From NCBI GenBank assembly GCA_017626895.1, contig JAGAHV010000159.1, forward strand, positions 36,567 to 100,566: a stretch of 64,000 nucleotides of DNA. Reading direction: 5' to 3'. The DNA is from Clostridia bacterium. Its GTDB lineage: Bacteria > Bacillota > Clostridia > Christensenellales > Aristaeellaceae. The translations under genes and the position numbers were made by a program. The notes under the pieces were generated by a model that saw nothing but the letters and a program-made list of their open reading frames with translations, made no database searches and was not told the DNA's origin. This document shows positions 18,231-25,879 of this stretch, in pieces (the first letter of the stretch is position 1; every line of letters starts with the position of its first letter).

Positions 18231-18256
18231 GGCGTCATCCTCCTCTGCTCTGGTCA

Positions 18257-18406
18257 ATTGCCTGAGACACGTTGCCAATGGGTCAGATTTTCCTTACTGT
18301 CGCTGCGCGACAGAGCCACTTTGCAAGCCTCCACTCTGTTCATTTGCCTGAGACACTTTGCCAATGACCCGGATTTCCCTTACTGTCGCTGCGCGACAGG
18401 GCCACT
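18257..18406 (-). repeat. Intergenic hairpin-repeat family, tandem copies B and C (period 85 bp)
   Basis: Copies 18257-18320 and 18342-18406 share ATTTGCCTGAGACAC-TTGCCAATG-..GGATTT-CCTTA-CTGTCGCTGCGCGACAG-GCCACT. Perfect 7-bp/3-nt-loop hairpins lie at 18297-18313 and 18383-18399. A further palindrome GACAGAAAG-C-TTTCTGTC follows at 18411-18428. Confidence 0.8.
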
Positions 18407-18564
18407 GCCCTGACAGAAAGCTTTCTGTCTCCCCTCATTCGCCAGTTTCACGGAATCGTTATATCACAAAATCTCCTTTCCCTGCATTCAACTGATGGTT
18501 GAAACGGACAAAGCCTGATCAAAACCAGCCGGAGCAGAAGCTGCTCCGGCTGTATCTGGGCTGT

Positions 18565-20109
18565 TTACTTGTTCCAGGGATAGTTCTTGACGCTCTCTGC
18601 CTCCCAGTTCAGGCGGCCATAGCTGCGGGTCAGACCGAAAATCTTCTTCTCAACCTTTTTGGTCAGCATGCCCGGACGGAGACGCCAGAACCAGTTGTCC
18701 TCCTGATGGGCAGGATTGTTGATTCTCGCCTCGCTGCCCAGTCCGAGATGATCCTGAAGCTGAATGACACAGGTCTCAGCACGGCTGATCATGGCTGCGC
18801 GGACAAATACCTCATTCATATGCGGCGCATCGCTCATTCTGACGCCGAAGTAATCGCAGATCATCTGCTGGACTTCCGGCTTCAGGGAGGCAAACCAGCC
18901 GTTCACCGGATCATTGTCATGGGTTCCCGGATAAACCACGCAGTGCTCCGGAATGTTATGAATCAGATAATCATTCAGGGCATGGGTGTCATCGGGATCA
19001 AAGGCAAACTGCAGGACCTTCATGTTCGGAAAACCAGATTCGCGCACCATCTGCCGGACGGATTCGGTCATGTACCCCAGATCCTCCACGATGACCGGCT
19101 TGTATCCCATGTTCCGCGCCATCTGATGGAACAGAGCCATTCCGGGTCCCTTCTTCCATTCGCCGTCTTTTGCCCCTTTTCCTGCCGGGATGGAGAAATA
19201 CTCATCCAGGCCGCGGAAATGGTCGATTCTCAGCAGATCGCACTGTTCAAAATTGTACCAGAGGCGGGCCATCCACCAGCCGAACCCGTCCTCCATATGC
19301 TTATCCCAGCGGTACAGCGGCGTTCCCCAGATCTGACCATCCACCGCGAAATCATCCGGCGGGCAGCCCGCAACCGCAGTCTGATGATTGTCCTCATCCA
19401 GCTGGAACATGTCCGGATGCGCCCAGACATCCGCGCTGTCAAAGGAAACATAGATCGGAATATCGCCGATAATCTGAATCTTTTTGCCGTTGGCATAGGC
19501 TTTCAGTGCTCTCCACTGCTGATCGAATTCAAACTGCAGGAACTTGTGGAATTCAATGTCGAAATAAAGTTCCCGGTTGTAATAATCAATGGCATTCTGC
19601 CAGCGATGGCTGATGTCGTGCGGCCATTCAGGCCATTCTTTTCCACCGAAAAAGTCCTTGAGCGCCATGAACAGGGCGTAGTCATCCAGCCACCATCCAT
19701 TGTTCCGGGTAAATTCCTGATAGTCCTCCCGCTTGTAGATCTCGCTGCGCTCATAGGCTTTTCTCAGCAGCGGCAGCCGGCGGGCATTCAGTTTCTCGTA
19801 ATCAATCCTGTCCGGATCATTTCCGAAGTCCTCGGCATCAATTTCCTCGCGAGTCAAAAGGCCTTCCTTCTCCAGTGCATCCAGACTGATGTAAAACGGA
19901 TTTCCGGCAAACGCGGAGAAGCCCTGATAAGGTGAATCATACGCCAGAGGCATATGGTTCGGCGGGTTCAGGGGCAGGATCTGCCAGTAGGTCTGTCCGG
20001 ATCTCTCCAGAAAATCGACAAACTGATACGCCGCCTCATCAAAACAACCGATCCCGTATTTGCTGGGAAGACTGGAAACAGGCATAAGAATTCCCGCAGT
20101 GCGACTCAT
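18565..20109 (-). CDS. malQ: 4-alpha-glucanotransferase (amylomaltase, GH77)
   Basis: ORF 18565-20124. The ATG at 20109 (MSRTAGILMPVSSLPSKYGIGCF) follows GAGGAG. Also present are ILPLNP and SPYQGFSAFAGNPFYISL. Confidence 0.9.
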   Translation of the reverse strand: MSRTAGILMPVSSLPSKYGIGCFDEAAYQFVDFLERSGQTYWQILPLNPPNHMPLAYDSPYQGFSAFAGNPFYISLDALEKEGLLTREEIDAEDFGNDPDRIDYEKLNARRLPLLRKAYERSEIYKREDYQEFTRNNGWWLDDYALFMALKDFFGGKEWPEWPHDISHRWQNAIDYYNRELYFDIEFHKFLQFEFDQQWRALKAYANGKKIQIIGDIPIYVSFDSADVWAHPDMFQLDEDNHQTAVAGCPPDDFAVDGQIWGTPLYRWDKHMEDGFGWWMARLWYNFEQCDLLRIDHFRGLDEYFSIPAGKGAKDGEWKKGPGMALFHQMARNMGYKPVIVEDLGYMTESVRQMVRESGFPNMKVLQFAFDPDDTHALNDYLIHNIPEHCVVYPGTHDNDPVNGWFASLKPEVQQMICDYFGVRMSDAPHMNEVFVRAAMISRAETCVIQLQDHLGLGSEARINNPAHQEDNWFWRLRPGMLTKKVEKKIFGLTRSYGRLNWEAESVKNYPWNK

Positions 20110-20232
20110 GATAAATCTCCTCACTTATAAGTTCTCTGACGGTTTTTCATTTTGGGAACGGAAAAACCGGACACTATTTTAACAATTTCACCCTTCAAGT
20201 TCAATATCCATCTTAATCATCCGGACAAGAGA

Positions 20233-20373
20233 GGCCCAACCAGCGACAGATTGTCAGATCCGGACCATGACAAAGCCTCTCAGGCAAATGACCGGCCGTG
20301 AGACCCGCAAAAGAGTGCCCCATGCAGCGCCAGTTTGTCAGATTCCTGTCGGAACAAAGCCGTATGGCTGACA
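20233..20373 (+). repeat. Intergenic hairpin-repeat family, two decayed tandem copies H and I (period about 84 bp)
   Basis: Copy H (20233-20290) reads CAGCGACAGATTGTCAGATCCGGACCATGACAAAGCCTCTCAGGCAAATGA. It aligns with the reverse complement of copy C (CAGCGACAGTAAGGGAAATCCGGGTCATTGGCAAAGTGTCTCAGGCAAATGA). The left hairpin arm is degenerate. The second copy (20319-20373) is more decayed. Confidence 0.5.
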
Positions 20374-20401
20374 GCATTCATTCGCCTCCGGGCATTTTTC
20401 G

Positions 20402-22060
20402 TCAGTTCGGATCTCTCAGCGAACGGCTGACCTCTTTCCAGACCTTTTCCCAGATTGGACCGGTGGCACAGCCGACCCGAAGTCCCCATGGCTCATACCA
20501 GTTGAAAGTAGCCACATTTCCATCCAGCAGCCAGTCCTGCGGCAGTGCCGTGTTTTCCCAGTCCAGCGGCACCGCGGGTTCAGCGGCGGCCGCATTGCGC
20601 CGCAGCATCCCGGCAAGTTCCTCCTCCTGATCTCGTGGGAGCGTATCCGGTTTGACGGAATAGAACAGGGAGGTTCCGCTGCCGGCCAGCAGTCTGCCCC
20701 ACTGCCGGTTATATTGCCACGGAATCAGATCCGAAATCCCGATGCAGTCCGCGTCAATGTCAAAAAATGCCCTGTGCTGCGGCAGGCGGAACGCCAGGGT
20801 ATTGACCCCGATCCGCAATGTGCGTTCCCACATCAGTCCACTGGTATCATCCCCGGTACGGTGCATATGCATCAGCCCGGCCCCGAGATGCCCGATGGTA
20901 TTGCATCCAAGAACCAGCATGTCATGCTGTGAGGCACTTTCCAGAATCGCCTCATACAGTGCCACAATAATCTCGGCACTCGTCCGGCTCCGGTCCGCAA
21001 AGTGCCAGCCCTCATCCGCCATTTCATAGGGCATTTCGCTGCCCCAGCGGTTCATCAGGTCAAAGGTGGTAAAGTCATGCTTGAGCAGGCGGAATCCCCA
21101 TGCACCGATCTGTGAAACGATCCCTTTGACATGCTCCAGCGCCTCCGGAACGGAGGGATCCAGGGCACCGTTATGGGGCAGGCGCCAGGACGCCGGAATG
21201 TCCGGACTGTTGTCCTGCAGAAGGCGTACCCAGATACCGGGGATCACGCCCATATTCCGGATTTCACCGGCCAGTGTGCCCATATCGCCAAAATGCGCAT
21301 TGGACGTCCAGGGGCCGCCATTGTACGTCTCCTCAAAGGTCCCGTCCGCATGATAGCGATCCCGCTGCCAGCAGTCATCGATCACAAAATAAGGACGGTT
21401 CGGAATCCCCTCGGTCAGCCTGGCCAGATAGGCCGCATCCCTCAGAACATCCTCACGGGAACTGCGTCCATAGGCATAATACCAGTTGTTGGAACCATAT
21501 ACCGGTTTCTCCGGCAGAATTGGATCGCTGCACATGGCCCGGCAGAACTTCTGCGCTGCCTCAAACGTGCCAATCCCTTTATAGTTCCGGCAAACGACCT
21601 CCGCCGCCAGCAGACGGCGTCCCGCCAGCAGTACGCCCTCTCCGCCGCAGCGGACATCCAGCCAGAGGGTAATCCCCTCCGTATCAATCATCCAGCTGCA
21701 GATGGCCGCAGGGCGAACACGCACGCCGTATCCCGTCGTGCCATTCGCCTGTTTGACCAGGGCATACCAGGGCAATGTCTGATAAGGCAGGATATTGTGC
21801 CAGGCAAGATCCCCATAGGAACGCTCCCAGGCATCCCCCAGAACCTGGCCCCGAAGCCGTCCGGCAAAATGCCAGCGAAGCCGTACCTTGCAAAGAGGAG
21901 AATCCCCGGCCGTCACCCAGACAGCCAGCCGGTCATCCTCACATTTGGTCTCAACACACACATCCTTATACCGGAAACAGCCCGCTTTCATTTCATCCGG
22001 CTGAGCCGGATCATTTTCCACCATTACGACATCCGGGATCCGCTGAATATTCTCAAACAT
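20402..22060 (-). CDS. GH36-type alpha-galactosidase-like glycoside hydrolase (short form)
   Basis: ORF track, 552 aa. VIDDCWQ and FRLLKHDF correspond to the DDGW and KxD motifs of clan-D alpha-galactosidases. It lies directly downstream of the GH36 gene. The family call needs an HMM search. Confidence 0.6.
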   Translation of the reverse strand: MFENIQRIPDVVMVENDPAQPDEMKAGCFRYKDVCVETKCEDDRLAVWVTAGDSPLCKVRLRWHFAGRLRGQVLGDAWERSYGDLAWHNILPYQTLPWYALVKQANGTTGYGVRVRPAAICSWMIDTEGITLWLDVRCGGEGVLLAGRRLLAAEVVCRNYKGIGTFEAAQKFCRAMCSDPILPEKPVYGSNNWYYAYGRSSREDVLRDAAYLARLTEGIPNRPYFVIDDCWQRDRYHADGTFEETYNGGPWTSNAHFGDMGTLAGEIRNMGVIPGIWVRLLQDNSPDIPASWRLPHNGALDPSVPEALEHVKGIVSQIGAWGFRLLKHDFTTFDLMNRWGSEMPYEMADEGWHFADRSRTSAEIIVALYEAILESASQHDMLVLGCNTIGHLGAGLMHMHRTGDDTSGLMWERTLRIGVNTLAFRLPQHRAFFDIDADCIGISDLIPWQYNRQWGRLLAGSGTSLFYSVKPDTLPRDQEEELAGMLRRNAAAAEPAVPLDWENTALPQDWLLDGNVATFNWYEPWGLRVGCATGPIWEKVWKEVSRSLRDPN

Positions 22061-22065
22061 TTGCC

Positions 22066-24261
22066 TTATCCTTTCTTCCGAGTGCTCACAAAATGCAGCT
22101 GTACAGCCTCATAATCCTCCCTGGCCGGATCCACTGCCACACCGCCATGCATCAGGGCCGCGCCGGTAAAGCATCTGTCCGTCCCTTCCAGCTGATACGT
22201 TTCCCCGGGCAACAGCCCCTGAAGACGGATATACGGGAAGGGCGCATTGGCCCGCACATGGGTCATAACCAGACTGACCAGTGCCTCACTGCCATCCCGG
22301 GAGGTGATCATCCAGGCGACATAATCCCGGTTTTCATCCAGTTCCGTCAGGCGGTAATAGGTTCCATCGGCAATCAGTTCCTGATAGCGGTGATACGCCC
22401 GAACCTGCTCCCGGATGCTTTCCTTTTCTGTTTCCGACAGCTTTTCCGGATTCAGCTCAATGCCAAACGTGCCTGACTGAGCCACAATTCCTCTGGTATT
22501 CAGCGACACAATTCGGCCGGTCTGGTGATTGGGTGATGCCGACACGTGGGATCCCATGGCACTGACCGGATAGCCATACGAAGTGCCCCGCTGAATCTCC
22601 AGCCGCTCGACCGCGTCCGTATCATCCGAGCACCAGATCTGGGGACAGTAAAACAGCATTCCCGCGTCAAAACGTCCGCCTCCGCCGGAGCAGCCCTCAA
22701 TCATCAGGTCAGGATACCGCGCCTCAAGCCGCTCCAGAAGCCGGTAGGTTCCCAGCATAAACCGGTGTGCCACCTCTCCCTGACGATTGGCCGGCAGAGC
22801 ATGAGAATATACATTGGCGACAGACCGGTTAAAGTCCCACTTCACGTATTCGATTCTGGCCTCATCCAGCACGGCACACATGGCCTTATAGATGTAATCC
22901 ACCACGTCCTCTCTGGACATGTCCAGCACCATCTGATTCCGTGACATCACCGGTTTCCGGTCCGGATCCGTGAGTGCCCAGTCCGGATGTGCCCGGTAAA
23001 GATCCGAATCCTCACTGATCATCTCCGGTTCAAACCACAGGCCGAACTTCATTCCCATCTCATGCACCCGGTCAGAGAGCTCCCGCATGCTGCATCCGAG
23101 CTTGCGTTCATTGACCACCCAGTCGCCCAGGCCCGAACTGTCATCATCCCGTTTGCCGAACCATCCATCGTCCAGTACCAGCATTTCCATGCCCATCTCC
23201 CGGGCAGCACGGGCAAAATTCAGGATCTTCTCCGCGTCAAAATCAAAATAGGCTGCTTCCCAGCTGTTGATCAGAACAGGCCTGGGCTGCCTCCAGCGGG
23301 CGGCAATCACCTGCTGGCGGAGAATATCATGATACTGACGGCTCAGGCCGTTCAGGCCCTGTGCACTGAATGACAGAATGACCTCAGGCGTTTCAAAGGC
23401 CTCGCCCGGTGCCAGTGTCCAGGCAAATCCATCCGGGTGAATGCCCGACACAAGCCGGACACCACCGACCTGGTCCACCTCCATCTCCTCCAGATGATTT
23501 CCGGAATACACCATCATGGCGCCATAGCACTCACCGACATTTTCCGTCGCATGCCGCTCACAAAGGATCACGAAAGGATTGCTGTGATGACTGCTCATTC
23601 CCCGGCGGGAACCGAAAGAGACCACGCCCCTGGGCAGCGGCATGCGTTCCGGAATCCGCTCCATGCAGTGACGTCCGTGAAAATGCAGCACATCATACTC
23701 CCCGAACGGGAAATCCAGACACGCAGAGGCTGCCTTCCGGATCACCATCTCCTGCCCGCTCCGGTTCAGCAGACGTACGGAACGGACAAGGACATCCTGC
23801 GACGGAAAAACATGATACCGAAGCTCCGCTTCAAGACCAATCACCTTGTCCTGCAGGGTCACAATCAGGGTCTCCGTTTCATCGCTTTCCCTCACATAGG
23901 GCATCCCGGGAAGCGCTTTCCGTCCTTTCTCCGTCCGGGCCCCCGCAAACCGCAGGTCCACACTCCGGCTTCCGTTTGCACCGGTCACCTGGACCGCTGA
24001 AAGCCGGTAATCCCCCACTCCGCTTCCAGAATACTCCTGCGGCAGCTGGTCCAGGGAATAGGTGCGCTCATTCCGCATTTCATACGGGTTTCCGGAAAAG
24101 CCCCGGTCTGCCGTCCGAACCAGATAACTCATGTCCTCATCTGTTTTCTGCCCATAGTACAGATGCAGAAGCACACCGCTGCTGTCTGCCTTCATCTGGT
24201 ACAGTGTATGCGCCGTTGTCAGGGAAAAGACCCCGGTCCTTTCATTTACCTGGATGCTCAT
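22066..24261 (-). CDS. aga: Alpha-galactosidase, GH36
   Basis: ORF 22066-24273. I prefer the ATG at 24261 (MSIQVNERTGVFSL), 9 nt after GAGGAG. The motifs are LVLDDGWFGKRDDDSSGLGDW, YVKWDFNR and CSGGGGRFD. Confidence 0.9.
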   Translation of the reverse strand: MSIQVNERTGVFSLTTAHTLYQMKADSSGVLLHLYYGQKTDEDMSYLVRTADRGFSGNPYEMRNERTYSLDQLPQEYSGSGVGDYRLSAVQVTGANGSRSVDLRFAGARTEKGRKALPGMPYVRESDETETLIVTLQDKVIGLEAELRYHVFPSQDVLVRSVRLLNRSGQEMVIRKAASACLDFPFGEYDVLHFHGRHCMERIPERMPLPRGVVSFGSRRGMSSHHSNPFVILCERHATENVGECYGAMMVYSGNHLEEMEVDQVGGVRLVSGIHPDGFAWTLAPGEAFETPEVILSFSAQGLNGLSRQYHDILRQQVIAARWRQPRPVLINSWEAAYFDFDAEKILNFARAAREMGMEMLVLDDGWFGKRDDDSSGLGDWVVNERKLGCSMRELSDRVHEMGMKFGLWFEPEMISEDSDLYRAHPDWALTDPDRKPVMSRNQMVLDMSREDVVDYIYKAMCAVLDEARIEYVKWDFNRSVANVYSHALPANRQGEVAHRFMLGTYRLLERLEARYPDLMIEGCSGGGGRFDAGMLFYCPQIWCSDDTDAVERLEIQRGTSYGYPVSAMGSHVSASPNHQTGRIVSLNTRGIVAQSGTFGIELNPEKLSETEKESIREQVRAYHRYQELIADGTYYRLTELDENRDYVAWMITSRDGSEALVSLVMTHVRANAPFPYIRLQGLLPGETYQLEGTDRCFTGAALMHGGVAVDPAREDYEAVQLHFVSTRKKG

Positions 24262-24847
24262 TGTAAATCTCAACTCCTCAATTAATTTCGTTCATTAGAT
24301 CGTATCTATGATCACCATTTTCCCTGAAGGAACGCACATCATCATCCTGATGCCGGTCACAGGAAAACGGCCCTCTCTTTTTGCTCATCATCTTTCCATC
24401 ATCCGAAGCCGCGAATGACGCTTGCCCGTCATCCTCCGACTCTTCTGCCACATTCTTTTATCCAAATTTTATCAGAATTTCGACGCCTGCTCAACCTGTT
24501 TTTATTTCCCGGTTCCCTGCAGATTGACCGCTCTCCGGCTGTGCCCTGGGTCCGTCCAAATCTGTTTGAGAGCCTTTTTCGCGATTCCTTTCTGCAGACA
24601 CATTCACGGCTTGACAACTTCCCTGCTTCAGGGCATACTGTTCCGCAGCTTTGCAAACACCGCCAATGATCCCTGTCGCAGCCAGTGAATGTCGCGTTTC
24701 TGTCCGCCGTGGCATTTCCCGTCATTCGTCTGTTTTTCGCAGTGGCCGCGCCTGAGGAGCGGTCCTGTCCTGCAGCGACCGTTTGTCATACAGGGCCGGA
24801 ACAAATCTGCTCCGGGAAAAGATCCGCATTGAGAGGGAGGAAGATAC

Positions 24848-25504
24848 ATGCACCAACCTGTTACCGTTTATGCACTTCATACCGCTGACATTCAGCAGAT
24901 GGACTGGACACCGTTATATACGGCGATGCCGGAACGCATGAAGAAAGCGGAACGTTTCCGTTTTGAGAAAGATCGTCTTCTCTGTATCGGCGCAGGACTG
25001 CTCCTGCTGCATGCTCTCCCGCTTCGCAATGAATCTGAACTGCAGACCGGTCCATACGGAAAACTGTTTGTTCCGGGAAAACGCTTTTTCAATCTTTCCC
25101 ACAGCGGACACTGGTGCATTCTTGCAGCCGGCGATATGGAGATTGGCGCAGACATTGAAGAAATCCGTGAAAGCAATGTTTCCATCGCCTCATCCATTTA
25201 TTCTCCCCGGGAGATTGAATGGATGAATGAGCAGCCTCTGGACCGGTTTCATGTGCTCTGGACCTGGAAAGAAAGTGTCATGAAAGCGACCGGACTCGGT
25301 CTGAATCTTAACCCAAAATCCATTGATGTGCTTCCTTTCACCCAGGACAAACCGATTTTCCTGAATGGCCGTACCTGGTACGCAAAAAGCGGCAATATTC
25401 CCGGATACCGATACAGCCTCTGCACGGCTCACCCCATCGACAGCTGGAACTGGGTTGACGGTTCAGCCCTCATTCATCCGTCCGGTCAGGAGACGGCCAA
25501 TTAG
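24848..25504 (+). CDS. 4'-phosphopantetheinyl transferase, Sfp type
   Basis: ORF track, 218 aa. The motifs are FNLSHSGHW, IGADIEEI and WTWKESVMKATG. RBS GGGAGGAAG. Confidence 0.85.
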   Translation: MHQPVTVYALHTADIQQMDWTPLYTAMPERMKKAERFRFEKDRLLCIGAGLLLLHALPLRNESELQTGPYGKLFVPGKRFFNLSHSGHWCILAAGDMEIGADIEEIRESNVSIASSIYSPREIEWMNEQPLDRFHVLWTWKESVMKATGLGLNLNPKSIDVLPFTQDKPIFLNGRTWYAKSGNIPGYRYSLCTAHPIDSWNWVDGSALIHPSGQETAN

Positions 25505-25532
25505 CCGTAACCCGACCGCTTCACCGTACACA

Positions 25533-25558
25533 AAAAGCATGCCCGCGGGCATGCTTTT
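25533..25558. terminator. Rho-independent terminator after the PPTase gene
   Basis: AAAAGCATGCCCGCGGGCATGCTTTT, a GC-rich perfect palindrome with an A-run before it and a T-run after it. Confidence 0.75.
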
Positions 25559-25879
25559 CTCGTTAAAATTCCTATTCGTTCAGGGTGACATCTTCGCCAG
25601 TTTAAAACCTCCTGAATTTATTCGACGACTGCCGAATAAATCATTTCCATTATAAACCGGTCTCCGGCTGTATCCGGCAGACGTTACAGATACCCAGATC
25701 TGGCCATTCTTTCCTGCTTTGCCGGACTTTAAACCCCTGCTTAATTTAATCCCTGTTTCGACGAAATTTTCAAAAAGGGCAATATTTGTTTTTAAGTTTT
25801 TTTAATTCGGTCTGCCTGTCTCCCGGCAGATTCGGAGAAACGGCGTCATCTGAGAATGGATGTATACCGGGATGACTGT

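Noticed and set aside
18257-18406. Regularly spaced repeats, considered as a possible mini CRISPR array
   Set aside because: Each locus has only two units. The spacers between hairpins are themselves part of the conserved unit. The repeats diverge from each other, and no cas genes are in the window. The pattern fits dispersed REP-like repeats, not CRISPR.
18499-19935. A 478-aa plus-strand ORF
   Set aside because: It is antisense to malQ, which has unmistakable GH77 motifs. The ORF is a shadow frame.
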